A DNA stretch of 64,000 bases from Veleropilina oligotropha (GCA_048128005.1 JBEUKZ010000100.1:558001-622000), one strand, 5' to 3'. Shown: positions 1 to 14,099, counted from the stretch's first letter. Numbers and translations are program-made. The notes: generated by a model not told the origin, from the letters alone.

Positions 1-205
1 TCTCGCGTACAATCGGCTCGAATTATGAGCGCGCGCTCATAATTCAATAAAAAAAATTCAAATATTTGTTACTAAGTGAATTTTTTTTTTGCCGTTTGTG
101 GTAATCTCCGAAACGTCCTAACTATATGCAATAAATCAATGCAGAAAGTGTAAGATAGAACAGTATTTAAATACATTTTAGCGATCTGAAGTAGATCCTG
201 CATCT
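1..205 (-). mobile_element. Kolobok-like non-autonomous DNA transposon, copy 1 (cut by window edge)
   Basis: Reverse complement of the start of the element at 2798-3746; ends GCATCT followed by TTAA (206-209). Confidence 0.75.
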
Positions 206-1825
206 TTAAGAATATTAAAATTCTCTATAAATCTGTTTGGAAGCAAACTGGCGTTATATTTACGCCGGAAGGTACCGAATAAACTAGACATTCATATTTT
301 AACGAAGCTTCCATATCAGTAGCACATTTATTATGACTAGCTTTAACCCGTGCTCCGTACGGTGAAATATTTGCTTCGTGTTGCTCGTTCAACTTTAATA
401 TTTACCTAACATTAGATTGCGTTAGCTAACGTTCGCTACAATTGAAAGTGATTTCTCATTACTGGAGGAGTGACTGTGGCTATTTTCTCTATGCCATGGA
501 ATATACTGTTTTCAACCAAAATTCCAATGTTATGATCCACATTGTCGGCTGCATAATGGACAAATGCTATTTAGTGAAGCTCGGTATGTTGGACTCTTGG
601 TGCATTTTGCTCGAAATGTTGTACATCTTAGTAGGATCAACTAAATCCGTGTAGATGCAGTGAGTCAATGAGAATTTTTGGATGAAGGAGGAGTCGATCT
701 CCAGCAGAGTTTCGTCCCTTCCCCTGTCGTGCCCGTCCATACAATCTCTGCGACCGCTGGTTCAGCCATGAGGCGATCCGCCTCATCTCGTTCATGACGT
801 GACATTTTTATTTATTTTAGTTTGGCTTTATATTTTTGTGAATGATAACCACATGTTTACATAGTGATTATCTTAAAATGCACTCCAAACACCCAGTTTA
901 TTTGTAAATGAAACTATGTCCCAGAGCAAATAATCCTACATGTGTAATGTCATTCGTAAACAAAATGGATGCGGGCACGCGTGAAGACAGACCTTTTCAA
1001 TTTTTAGCGGCGATCTACCGCATATTAAAATGGAATATTTAATTTAGCCGTAAGTAAATGTTAAATATCGACTAAATAAATGTGTGTGGGAGGGAGTTAG
1101 AATATAATGCATTTTGTTGATGCTAACCGACACCGATGGCGGCATAAACAATAGCACGTGTCGACGTATGAACACACTCTCCAGGCAAAGAGAATACGAA
1201 ACGACGCCCCAGGCTATGACTAGACTCACTCTCCAGGCAAAGAGAATATGAAACGACGCCCAGGCTTATATCTCTGCTATCGCTGGTCGCTATGTGGCGA
1301 TCCGCCACATAGTTAATATACATATTATTTCGCTTCAGTTTGTAATTTAATGAAGTGCAAATGACATGGTTAAGTGTTTTCAAGAAAAGGGTAGGCTAAT
1401 AACAACGTTTTAAATATGAAATACAGTGATGTTAAACAGCAAATAGTTCCGCGTAGCCATATTCAGCCAATTTATGCCAATTTATTCACCGCGTAGGTAA
1501 TTAATTAACTGCACAAACGCTTCTAAAAGTTTATTTTAATTAACTTTTAACTAAATTTGATATATTAAATACATATTAATGTTTGGAAAATTTCAAAGAG
1601 ACGATATTCCAGTCGGGAAAGAAGTAGGCGGACCAGCGAGAGCATAGTCTATAGACTGTGACTAGACTATGACTATGCGAGCTATGGTGGCTGATTTGTG
1701 CCATCTCGTCTTTTCGTTATTTCGCATTGGAAACACGCCAAGCGAAATAACGAAATAACGAAAAGACGACGTTTAGGGCGACTGATTTGTGACATCTCGT
1801 CTTTTCGTTATTTCGCGGTGTTAAC

Positions 1826-2003
1826 GCGCCAAGCGAAAAGACGCCAGGCGAAATAGCGCCAAGCGAAATAGCGCCAAGCGAAATAGCGCCAAGCGAAATA
1901 ACGCCAAGCGAAATAACGCCAAGCGAAATAACGCCAAGCGAAATAACGCCAAGCGAAAGAACGCCAAGCGAAATAACGCCAAGCGAAATAACGCCAAGCG
2001 AAA
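1826..2003. repeat. 15-bp tandem array (consensus ACGCCAAGCGAAATA)
   Basis: About 12 directly visible units; the mirror array at ~5747-5939 has one extra unit. Confidence 0.9.
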
Positions 2004-2797
2004 GGTCAAGTTCAATTTTACCGAACGATAGGTAACGCAGCCTAATGTTGGCTAAATATTTAAGTTGAACGAGCAACATGAAGCAAATATTTCACCGTGC
2101 GGAGCACGGGTTCATAACGAGTGTGCCCAAAGGAAGAAATCAGATTTTACATTTTTCGTCTTATTCGCCCAGAATCAGGGGGAGCCTCCATGCTCGGTTC
2201 AATGTGTGCGACGATCGAACGTAGAGCACGCCATTATGGGTACGAATGGGTGCTGTCCGCTTCGGGCCAAAACATCCACACGAACGGAAGCAAGCATTTA
2301 ACGGTGCATGCGCAAATACACGATATTTTACATTCGGTTATTGAAGACCTGCATTTGATATTCAATATCTGAACTGATTTTAAAAATTAAGATGGATGAT
2401 TCTGTTTAAATTCGACTGATATCCAGGCGACATAAAGTAAAGAAATCGAAATACCACTAATTTATCACAATAATTGCACTATTTAGAACGATTTTTAGCA
2501 TAGGCGCTGGTGATAACTTCGTGTACGACGCGACAACAATTTTCATATTTATAGGTGGTGTATATAACTTTCGTGGCGAGATTTTACAATTTCTGTATAT
2601 GTCAGGGCCTTATTGATCATACATCAGTTACTACACTTATATTACGTGTTAGTTTAAAACAACAAACTGGGACTAAATTGGGGGAATGCATGCGTTCACA
2701 TTAAAATTATGCTTATCACCTCCACACTTGCTATAAGATTGAGAAAAAATGGCATTTGCCTAATTACATAGATGTTTCATTTGCTATTGTCCCTTAA

Positions 2798-3746
2798 AGA
2801 TGCAGGATCTACTTCAGATCGCTAAAACGTATTTAAATGCTGTTCTCTCTTACACTTTCTGCATTGATTTATTGCATATAGTTAGGACCTTTCAGAGATT
2901 ACCACACACGGCAAAACAATTTTCCACTTAGTAATAAATATTTGAACTTTTTTTATTGAATTATGAGATCGATCTCATAATTCGAGCCGATTGTACACCA
3001 GATTTATACGGAAATGAACGACGGCTTGGCGGAATCTTAGCTCCGCCCTAAATCACTCCCGCGATCTATATATACCGGGTCATGTCAAGGTCGTCCTTGT
3101 CGGAGTTTTGTTTATATCGGTTTCCATGGCGGATGTCGACAAGAGAAATAGAGGCAGGCCGCCGTTATCGACTGTGACTGTTTCTGATTATAAAATGAAT
3201 GTAAGCGAAAAACTTGAAATAATAAATAACGCGATCAATGAAAATTGGATGCGGCTACTTCAACTTGTAAACAAACAGTGAAGCACTTGAAACAGTAAAT
3301 GCCCATGCTATTACAATGTCGCGGTGCGCAATAGGCCTAGTTAGTTGGTGAAATAAATATGGTTATTATGTTAGTATTGCTGCCATACACTACAATTATG
3401 AGAAACTAGCTATATGTTTCAATGCAATACGTCAATTTCAGCGAACCGCTAATAAACATTGACCTAGCTGCAACGCCATATGCGTGCTCTGCACGTCCAC
3501 GTCAATCAAATCGACGGGACCACGTGACGTTTGACCCAATAACGATAAATGAGATAAAGATAGCTTCCGAGGTAGACGCGCTCGAATAAAATACCACGTC
3601 GGCTGAAGCGATTATTAAATGCTAGCAACATCTTTTGTTGCATTTTAACTTTTCCTTCGTCCTAAAAACATGTCATGTATGGATACCATATCGTATTTAT
3701 GGTTTTCTTTTATATGAAATATCATACGAATGTAGATTCAGCATCT
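2798..3746 (+). mobile_element. Kolobok-like non-autonomous DNA transposon, copy 2
   Basis: Termini AGATGC...GCATCT, TTAA on both sides (2794-2797, 3747-3750); the other arm has the empty site with a single TTAA (~4953-4956). TTAA duplication with RR termini matches Kolobok. Confidence 0.8.
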
Positions 3747-4549
3747 TTAATACAATATTGGAGAAATGATCATGATTCAAAATGAATTGAATAGGCCTAT
3801 TCACCGTGCGGAGCACCGGGTTATTATAAAATATTGGAGAAATGAACATGATTCAAAATTAATCGAATAGGCCTATTTCACCGTGCGGAGCACCTGGTTA
3901 ATGCATTGTTCGCCTAATTCGTCCAGAATCCATGGCGCGTCCAACCTTGGTTCACTCGGTGAAACTTATCTCAACTGGGCCAAATCAGCGATCACGTGAC
4001 TGTGGTATTATATCTAATTATTGACGAGAGGGTGCAAATTATGACGTCACTGACAAATGAATTTCAAGTTATCCCTAACGGGCACATTGCATTGTAGGTA
4101 TGTGACGCCTTGATTATTATTTCCTTGATATTGATATTCATTGAGATTGTTCATAAATGTCATTTATATATACTAAGTTGTTCATGTCAGTAGATGTAGC
4201 TCGATTGGTGCAATGGTCAGTTCAAGGTTACCTAACACAATGTAACGTTACATAAATATTTAAGTTTAACGACCAACATTAACCAAATGTTTCACGATGC
4301 AAAGCACGGGTTTCAGCTAGGAAAAATCAAAAGCTGTACATTTTAATTAAATTTATGGTCTTATTTGTCCAGATCCGGGGTACGCTGAGTTCACTGGATG
4401 AAGGTACTCTCAAGCACATCACATGACTATCACGTGATATATGGGGTGCGTCGACAATCGCTATTTCATATGTGAATATTGCATAATTGATACACGGATG
4501 CAATGATGACTTCCATTGAAATGAACAATATCCACTAAGTACGACAACT

Positions 4550-4750
4550 GTGGATTGCCAGATATCGGATCACTTTCTAATCTCATTTGAATTGAAAATA
4601 GAAAGGCCAGCACCCGAATCGAAACAAATTTGCTACCGTAAACTCAAAGATGTCGACATTACTGAGTTCAAAACAGAATTATCGCATATCGTCTTTCCAC
4701 AAGAAATGGACCTGTCACAGTTGGTCGATAAATATAACAATGATATCCAT
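4550..4750 (+). pseudogene. CR1/L2-type LINE ORF2 fragment (end of AP endonuclease and linker)
   Basis: ISDHFLISFEL...ICYRKLKDVDITEF: SDH motif followed by the typical YR-K linker. Confidence 0.55.
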
Positions 4751-4772
4751 TTCTTGTGGAAAGACGATATGC

Positions 4773-6083
4773 GATTCTGGACGAATTAGGCGAACAATGC
4801 ATTAACCAGGTGCTCCGCACGGTGAAATAGGCCTATTCGATTAATTTTGAATCATGTTCATTTCTCCAATATTTTATAATAACCCGGTGCTCCGCACGGT
4901 GAATAGGCCTATTCAATTCATTTTGAATCATGATCATTTCTCCAATATTGTATTAAGGGACAATAGCAAATGAAACATCTATATAATTAGGCAAATGCCA
5001 TTTTTTCTCAATCTTATAGCAAGTGTGGAGGTGATAAGCATAATTTTAATGTGAACGCATGCATTCCCCCAATTTAGTCCCAGTTTGTTGTTTTAAACTA
5101 ACACGTAATATAAGTGTAGTAACTGATGTATGATCAATAAGGCCCTGACATATACAGAAATTGTAAAATCTCGCCACGAAAGTTATATACACCACCTATA
5201 AATATGAAAATTGTTGTCGCGTCGTACACGAAGTTATCACCAGCGCCTATGCTAAAAATCGTTCTAAATAGTGCAATTATTGTGATAAATTAGTGGTATT
5301 TCGATTTCTTTACTTTATGTCGCCTGGATATCAATCGAATTTAAACAGAATCATCCATCTTAATTTTTAAAATCAGTTCAGATATTGAATATCAAATGCA
5401 GGTCTTCAATAACCGAATGTAAAATATCGTGTATTTGCGCATGCACCGTTAAATGCTTGCTTCCGTTCGTGTGGATGTTTTGGCCCGAAGCGGACAGCAC
5501 CCATTCGTACCCATAATGGCGTGCTCTACGTTCGATCGTCGCACACATTGAACCGAGCATGGAGGCTCCCCCTGATTCTGGGCGAATAAGACGAAAAATG
5601 TAAAATCTGATTTCTTCCTTTGGGCACACTCGTTATGAACCCGTGCTCCGCACGGTGAAATATTTGCTTCATGTTGCTCGTTCAACTTAAATATTTAGCC
5701 AACATTAGGCTGCGTTACCTATCGTTCGGTAAAATTGAACTTGACCTTTCGCTTGGCGTTATTTCGCTTGGCGTTATTTCGCCTGGCGTCTTTTCGCTTG
5801 GCGTTCTTTCGCTTGGCGTTATTTCGCTTGGCGTTATTTCGCTTGGCGTTATTTCGCTTGGCGTTATTTCGCTTGGCGCTATTTCGCTTGGCGCTATTTC
5901 GCTTGGCGCTATTTCGCCTGGCGTCTTTTCGCTTGGCGCGTTAACACCGCGAAATAACGAAAAGACGAGATGTCACAAATCAGTCGCCCTAAACGTCGTC
6001 TTTTCGTTATTTCGTTATTTCGCTTGGCGTGTTTCCAATGCGAAATAACGAAAAGACGAGATGGCACAAATCAGCCACCATAG
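4773..6083. repeat. Right arm of the long inverted duplication
   Basis: Reverse complement of 1682-3930 minus the Kolobok-like insert. Confidence 0.9.
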
Positions 6084-6114
6084 ATAACCGTATATAATAA
6101 TGTATATCCGAGTT

Positions 6115-6263
6115 TTAGTTATTTATGCTATAGGCGGTTATGCGATTTTCTCTGATTCTCGTAACAGTAATTAAGACAAGAGCCAAAAGACAGACGAAAA
6201 GCGGCAGCACGCCACTCAGGATGTAAGGCCATCGATAAGATCCAGTCATATCCCGCAACCAAC
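6115..6263 (-). CDS. SLC16/MCT-like MFS transporter, exon 4 (last coding exon)
   Basis: ttttcag acceptor, then (G)WLRDMTGSYRWPYILSGVLPLFVCLLALVLITV...INN*. Phase 1 matches the exon 3 donor, giving GPFIG-WLRDMTGSY, typical of the MCT TM11-12 loop. Absent from the ORF track. Confidence 0.8.
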
Positions 6264-7749
6264 CTGAAAAAATGCGCAAAAATCAGCAAGGTATAATGAA
6301 ATACAAGTAAATAACATTTGCTGATTTTCTATTTATATACAGTTGTAAAATCACCAATTAACGGATTGTATTGTTGCAACATGAATACTAGTATATTCTT
6401 CTATAAGCAATACCCTACTTGGAGCAATTTGTGATCCCAATAGAGCGTCAATGTTTACACTATTTATTTAATTGGTTAGATTCACGTATTATAGACTGTG
6501 TCACTTTTCCAAAAATATTAACACTGAAGGCAAATCGTGTTAATTTATGGCATGCAAGGTTTTTAGATTTATTGCGGGGTGCTGAACTCAAATCTGCTGT
6601 ATTCCCAGCTCAAAAATGGCCCATAATGCCCTAAAATTGAGAAATCCAAGATGGCCGCCACCGCATGGTTGAAATGTATTTATTTTCAAAATGTTTTACT
6701 AAACAAGGTAGAAACTTGAATGAAATGTGTTAATTTAAGAGTTTGGTGGTATTGAGGGGTGCTGAAATCAACTCAGCTGTATGCCCAGCTAAAAATGGCC
6801 CATAATGCCTCAAAATTGAGAAATCAAAAATGACCACCATCACCGGGCTGAAATGTAATTATGTGCATATCTTTTCGAATAAGCAAGGTAGAAACCTGAA
6901 TGAAATGTGATTTTGTAGGTTTTCATATATGTAGAATCCAATATCATAATCGGTTTTGAAATAAATGGCGCATAAACATCTCGAAACTCATATTTATTAA
7001 ATGTTGGCAGGGAACATAATAGGGAATCAATACCCATGTTGGCTTAACGAAGTTACAAGTATTCTAAATATCACTCAATTAACGTCCTTCGAGATAATCC
7101 AAAATTTTACAATTAATTTCTTTATGTGTAGAAAATGACAACAAAGACAATAATTTTGAATTCATTGTGCTTATCTGCTGCAAAATCGTTACGCAACCAG
7201 TTCTTCATTGTGTGCAGGTATATGGGCACTCGTAAGCGTATTCCCAGTCATCACGTATGTTACGGCAGTTGTTGCCAAGTATCCGGCAGTTTCATGCAAA
7301 TTTTTCTGCAGCTGCAACGTTGGCTGAGGCACGCCTTCGTACAATCACATGATGTGATCTCCGTTTAAACCTTTGGGATAGGTGGCAGAGAGAGAGTAGC
7401 CATAGAACTACCTGACCACCCAGTTGTATCCTTCTATTTCGGTTACTGGAGAAAGATCAGGATGTGGCAAGTGCGCTTGGTTACTGACACTAGCTGTCTT
7501 GATGGTGTGAAAGCATGATGTCAAAGTTTGCTGCATTGACTCGTGATTTGTTGCATGTATCAACCTCGGGCACATCATATATCTTACATATGAATTTTTC
7601 TGTTGATATTGCAAAAGCTGGTTGTATGCAGTAAAGCGTTTCCTATGGTGAGTCATGGCGATTGTGGCTAGGATTATGCAGAAGTATATAAATTTCAAAT
7701 TCAAAATGACTTTGCAATCCTAGTTGATTCGATTGAAGAAATTCAAATA

Positions 7750-8150
7750 TTAATGGATCGAGTATGAATAATAATTATTGTCAGTGAAGAGGCAGATCTA
7801 AGACCAAGCTGATGATTATAGAAAGCAACGACAATGACATTAACAACACACTGATGGCCAATGAAGAAGCAGGTGAGGTCATTAGTCAATTTAACTTTAT
7901 TTGTACAATGATCAATTCGATGACACCTCGGATATCAAAAGACGAATCACCATAGCCAGAAGTATTGCTCTGTCGTTCAATTCAATCTGGGAGAACAATC
8001 ATATCAAGAAAGACAAGAAAGTGGGCAATGAAGAAGACGGATCGAAAGAGAACTGAAACTTTTGAGCTATGGACGCATATCAGCTGGATGTGCTAGAAAA
8101 AATGGCCTCTTTTATCACACATAGATCGTCTTGAACTTAGTTACTTCAGA
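7750..8150 (+). pseudogene. RTE-type LINE RT C-terminal fragment
   Basis: Degenerate KTKLMII...EVISQFNFI...DIKRRI.IARS peptides. Confidence 0.45.
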
Positions 8151-8574
8151 CATATTATACGTGGGTCTGATAAGAAATATGACTGTGACATAATGACAGA
8201 AGACGCCGGTCAGCTCACTGACTGATAAGCAGGATGATGACAATCGCTATATTTTCGGTGAGAGGACCCTTGCCAAGACGAGAAGATCAGTGTGATGTTG
8301 CTGGAACACTTGACATAATGTTGTCTTACTGTGGCCACTGGACTGAGACACCTGCGAATTTCATGTATTGAGGCTTCATTGTCCCAACTTTTATGTCTAG
8401 ATGTGTACATCCATTCTATAATAGAATGACAGAAGCATAAGAATCACATGAATCGCTCACTGACCCAACTATTGTTTCTATCATGTCAGCATGGATGCAG
8501 TGCCAAATCAGTAGGGTATCGGCTTCTTTGTGGACAGCCCTTAGAGATGAGACGGCGAGATATGGATCATATGA

Positions 8575-8800
8575 CCTGACAATTTGTTTATTTGTAAGAT
8601 TTTGAATTTCTTCCTTCAAATCAGCTAGGAGGGCAACGTCATCTGCGTAACGAAGTTTGGTATATACGTACTATATATTATTTCCCATAATCATTGCCAG
8701 AATCGTCGAGACTTACCATATGAAACGTTTTACTGTATTCAATGAAACATATAAACAGCTTTTTACCTCTCTCTCGTCATAACGATATCAACCGAGAAAT
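8575..8800 (-). pseudogene. LINE reverse transcriptase fragment
   Basis: KLRYADDVALLADLKEEIQNL (YADD motif) on the minus strand at ~8600-8660. Confidence 0.6.
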
Positions 8801-11708
8801 TAATATGTAAGATATATGGTGTGCCCGAGGTTGGTACATGCAACAAAGCACAAGTCAATGCAGCAAACTTTCACATCATGCGTTCACACTATCAAGAAAG
8901 TGTCTGGAACAAAGCATACTTGCCATATCCTGATCATTCTCCAGAAACCGAAATGGTAAGGATGCACCTGGATGGTCAGTTATTGCCATAGCTACTTTGT
9001 CTCTGTCACCTATCCCAAAGGTTTGTAGGGAAGTCACCCCCTGTGGCTGTACGAAGGGATGACTCAGCCAACGCTGCAGCTGCAGGAAAATTCTCATCTG
9101 GTTGACAAATTATACATAGTTAAAAACAACAATTTCTGCAATAGATGTGGATTTTGATAAGTTTATGTGCCATTTATTTCAAACCGAATATGATTTTGAA
9201 TTCTCCATATATGAAAACCAACAAAAGTACATTTCATTCAGGTTTCTACCTTGTTTAGTCGAAAGATTTGTACCGTACATAAATACATTTCACCCGGTGG
9301 TGGCGGCCATTTTGCATTTCTCAATTTTGAGGCATTATGTGCCATGTTTGAGCTGGGCATACAGCTGAGTTGATTTCAGCAGCCCTCAATACCACCAATC
9401 TCCTAAATTAACACATATTTCATTCAAGTTTCTGCCATGTTTAGAAAAAGTATGAAAATAAATACATTTCAACCCGGCAGTGGTGGCCATCTTGGATTTC
9501 TCAATTTTGAGGCATTATGGGCCATTTTTGAGCTGGGCATACAGCAGATTTGAGTTCAGCACCCTCAATACATCTAAAATCGTTGTATGTCATAAATTTA
9601 CACGATTGGTTCGGGGTTAGTATTTTGTTAGTATTTTTTTATATAGTAAAAAACATCCAATTTCGCAAAAAAATTGAGTTTTAATGATTTTTTCAACTTT
9701 TTATTGTAGGGAAATCACCCCCTGTGGTTGTACGAAGGGATGACCCAGCCAACGCTGCAGCTGCAGGAAATTTTGTATCTGGTTGACAAATTATACAGAG
9801 TTAAAAACAACAATTTTTGCAATAAATATGAATTTCGATAAGTTTGTGCTATTTATTTCAAACTGAATATGGTTTTGGATTCTTCATATATGAAAACCTA
9901 CAAAAGCACATTTCATTCAGGTTTCTACCTTGTCTAGTCAAAACGTTATGCACATAAATACATTTCAACCCGGCGGCGGTGGCCATCTTGGATTTCTCAA
10001 TTTTGAGGCATTATGGGCCATTTTTGAGCTGGGCATACAGCAGATTTGTGTTCAGCACCCCCCAATACCCCTAAAAACACTGACATAAATTAACACGAAT
10101 TGCCTTCAGCACCTAGACCTTAGATATGCACATATTCAGAAATTCTGCCTAGTCTATTAGTCGCGTTTATACGGCACTGTGCAACAGGTGATATTTTTAT
10201 CTAAATATCGACGAGTTATTAAATGTGATGTTGTGCCATGATTCAGTGATTCTCTCTAGATATTTCTTATTTACCATTATCATCGTCTAAAATGCTTTGG
10301 TGATGAGGAACAGAGGAAATTTGACTATTGTTGGGGGCTTTTGTTAGATATAAGTTCTATTAATATACAATAATTTGCAAATACATCACTTAACTTTTCA
10401 ATGATATATTCTATACGACAATAATCATATGCCAAAGTTATAAGGGCCATTAATACGAGTTTGTATATGATTGGTGTCTATTTGGTTGTATGTATTGTCA
10501 CTGAAATCCTCCCTCTGTCATTATTACTAGTAAGTTCCAATCTTACGGAAGTGCAATGGGGCAACGGTGGGATATTTCTATCTCTCACTAGGACTTTATA
10601 TCTCCGGAAGACTTTATATCTACTTGGGAGGACAAAGGAAAGGATCGATATTGTCCTGTAAATTTCCAACCATTAAGTTCAAAGGAAGACATGTCCATAT
10701 TATCACGGGAGGAAAGCCAGGTCACCTGGGGAACCCGCTTTCTTAGACCAGTTACGGACAACTGTAATATATAACTTGAACAAATAATTCCATGTCCCAG
10801 CCAAGGTTTGATTCAGTGGAATCAAGCCAGTGATATTTTGGAGTCAGCAACCGAAACCACTCGACTGTCGGAGCGGCCTGCTCCGAAGGAGAGTGCCTCC
10901 TCCAGAGGAGTTGCCTTAATGCACTTGTGTACACTCCTCTATTGTTGATGGGCTGCAGATCGGATTGCAGCACAGACGATGACCAGCGGGTATTTGTTAA
11001 ATGGTTTACTTGAACATATCTGTATGGTGGAAAACCCTTAGGTAATCAGTTATTTTGATTATGTATCTACCTTTCCACTATCTGCTGATCTGCGATTCAC
11101 GTCATAATTATCTGATGCAACAGCTATGGTCGTCATTTAATTTTGGCACGCCACACACTCCGCTACCCTATGTTGCTCGCTAAAATCACACATCTTTGCA
11201 TGCCACATATCCATCAGAGCCACACATCTTTGCATGCCACATATCCATCAACTAGATTCTTGATCATGATCTTGGCCGGTCGTCCTGGGTTGTGCCTGTC
11301 GCACGTGGGCGCCAATATGACGAATCGTGCTCGTTGGTAGCTCTGTGGCAGAGCCCAACAGTCTTAACCGTCGTGATTGGTCATTTACCACCAGTGGAAT
11401 GCAACCATAGAGAAGCACATTTATCATGAGATCACGCCATGAGACACTTCCATTGCCGACTTTTCCACGTACTACTCCATTTCCGGTTTGGCGAAAAATT
11501 CCCTGGATTAACTTTATCACATCTTCTTTGCTTAGAGTTTCAGATCGAGCCGGGATATGGTCTTCCGATGAATCATTATCAGGTAACTTTGAGGTTTGCC
11601 ATATGGTTCCATCAGATGACCTCATACTTTCCGTGGATGAAACGATGTTAAAACGAATCTGCTCTGATTCTTGTAGTAAAGAATCGTATTTCTGCTTTGT
11701 TAATAATA

Positions 11709-11903
11709 TCAACTCCTTAGCCATGGTAATATAGGCTTCAGCAGCAAACGTATCACTGGAAGCTGTTTCAGTTGATGTTCCTTTTTTGTTTTAAGACTAT
11801 TGCTTCGACTTGACAGCAACAAAATGATATTTTTGTACAGTCTTAGCTTATTTATATAAGTTGCCCTCAACTTACCTCTACCTTTCAAAATATTTAAAGC
11901 CAC
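11709..11903 (-). pseudogene. Maverick small basic protein remnant
   Basis: ALNILKG...KLRLYKNIILLLSSRSNSLKTKK resembles the conserved small basic ORF of Mavericks (recognised from memory). Confidence 0.5.
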
Positions 11904-12024
11904 TTGAGATAAAGCATTGCTGTAGCAAATTTATGTATTCGATCAACGTCTTACACTGACACGGATTGCAATCATAAAGCATCATCGGGAATGCAGCATG
12001 AGTTCTGATCATTTCAGTTATGCC

Positions 12025-13100
12025 TCTAAATGACTACATTCCTCTATAACGACTATTCCTCTAACGACTACGATTGGGGATTACGCCATTTACAATACAT
12101 CGATTTAATCCGATTACTTAGTGAGGTAGTTAACTGAACATGTACGGAATGAGCAGTATATGAATTAATTAAATTTGACAGGTTTTAGTAGTAAATGTTC
12201 ACTGTAGTATATAAATAAGATAAAAAATATGCAACATTATCATAGTTATACTATTAGTCAATCAATCAATTCTGTCAGTAAATATATACAAAGCAATAAC
12301 CATTGCAGCAGTTATCACCGAAGTCAAGTTTAATCCTACAGCTATAGGACGAAGAAATATGCCACATCAGGAATGTTTATACCGTGTTAATCGTCGTGAT
12401 GGGGGAAAAGTCTTGGTGAAAATGTGCTACAAACATAACAAGGGTGGTTGACGCCATCACCTCATGCAACGCAACCAACAACAGCATTCGCCGATTACAT
12501 GACGGAAAAGTGGTTTGAAGGAAATTTCGATAAGGACATGTGAAATCACCATTTTGAAACAGAAGAATGCAGGACAACTAATTGTTTAGAAGGATGGCTA
12601 CAGAATATGAACCGAGTAGCGAAAAAGTCCCATATAAATATGTTCGAAATAATAAACGATTAAGCGGCAAACGAAGTAAAACAATTACAGTTAGATGGGG
12701 AGTGGGGGGCACCCTGCTTGCAAAGAAAAGAAAATCAAAACGAAGGGAAGCAAGATTAAAATGCCTGAAGGAAAGAGTTTTGCGAGAAGAAAACACCATT
12801 ATGTAGTCGATCCGTCAATTCAATAGTTATTTATGTACCTATTGTGTTCTATTCAGCTTAAGTAAAATCAAGTTAAACATTTAACCTAAGTAAAATCAAG
12901 TTACACATTTAATCTTTTATATATATCCTTGTTATTTATGTACTGACATGTATTATCCTGTTATAAGTAAATAATTTGAACAATGAATATTTATTTACTG
13001 GTCAATTAGCACCTATTAATCCTGCTTAATCCACATCTGAACTATTCCTCTAACGACTACGACATATTTGTAGTAGTTAGAGGAATGTAGTCATTAGAGG
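12025..13100 (+). mobile_element. MULE-like transposon remnant inserted in the Maverick
   Basis: ETEECRTTNCLEGWLQNMNR (~12555-12615) resembles the MULE RTNN-x-EGW motif; related inverted and direct repeats at 12025-12070 and 13040-13100. Confidence 0.55.
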
Positions 13101-13149
13101 AAGACACCGTTTTGATAGGTATTATGTTGTTTATTGCCCCGGACACATA

Positions 13150-13760
13150 TGCAGTCCTCGCTAAGAAATACCTTCGTATGCAACTGATAGTTCTTGTCGG
13201 TGTGCGGTGTAAATCAACGAGTAGATAACCATATTTTATAGCAGTGGCTTTGTTATAGGCACCATTGAAGAATTTTGACTGACCGGGTAAAATCTGCAAT
13301 CCAAATGTGATGATTTGTCCATTATCATGAAAATTTCGAAAGACGATGATATATATTATATGTTCAATTCAATGTTATGCTTCGAGCGTATCTGCCAGGA
13401 GGGTAAAGAATTTGGGTTAAGAAAATTCATGTGATGGTTCGATGGTGTGACATCACAGTAAATAATTGAACGTAATCTTTCGATTGAACAATCTTTAGCA
13501 TCAAATCATCCCATACGAGGAAAGTGTGCTCGCTGCCATGAGAAAAGGATTCAATGGCCTCTTTATTCTGTAAACCTTAATGATAGGTGATGCCTTCATG
13601 GCATCGAACACTGGCTAATATTCAAAATAAACATATATAATTTTTGATGGCGGTGTCGCCAACATACCGTCAGCATGTTCGAGCAGTCATTTCATAAAAT
13701 ATGTTTTGCCCGATTGTGTACAACCACTAATCAGGATCGTGGCAGGTGAAGAAAATTTCA
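13150..13760 (-). pseudogene. Maverick packaging ATPase remnant (A32/FtsK-like)
   Basis: Walker A in KFSSPATILISGCTQSGKTYF (~13698-13760); C-terminal QILPGQSKFFNGAYNKATAIKYGYLLVDLH; frameshifted. Confidence 0.8.
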
Positions 13761-14099
13761 ATAAGCCCTCCTTCTCCTACCAATGCATCATCGTCAGGGG
13801 GTGGTTTTCAAATGAATTAAACATTAGGTGTATTCCCTTTTTCAATTAACAATGTACATCTGTCAATTCACAATTGTATTACCAACTTAAACATGAAATG
13901 AGTAAATGCTGATACAAATTCACAAAATCTAGAGTAAAATCGCTACACATATGATATCATCTAAGGATACATGAAAATATATTTGCATTAAAATAAAATA
14001 AAGTACATATAAACCACATTATTTAGAATTATAGGCTTGAATACGATTTTTTATCCATGCATAATTTATCGCATTTCTAGTAACAAATGATTTCAATCC

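Larger units (their letters stand above)
1682..3930. repeat. Left arm of a long inverted duplication (contains the Kolobok-like insertion)
   Basis: 1682-2797 plus 3751-3930 is the near-identical reverse complement of 4773-6083; the ORF track shows mirrored ORFs (2121..2372+ and 5378..5629-). Confidence 0.9.
6490..10157. mobile_element. Decayed Academ-like DNA transposon with inverted duplicated 3' portions
   Basis: HKEADTLLIWHCIHA motif (~8490-8535, minus); Cys-rich C-terminus CGCTKG*LSQRCSCRK at 9042-9090 and inverted at ~7305-7350; TAGACTAGGCAG-type terminus at ~10145-10156; 6530-7570 and 8820-10110 are related inverted segments. Confidence 0.55.

Noticed and set aside
1717..6048. ORFs with LGVIS or RLALF pentapeptide repeats
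   Set aside because: They are translations of a 15-bp tandem array that lacks stops in some frames and are mirrored by the inverted duplication; no coding evidence.
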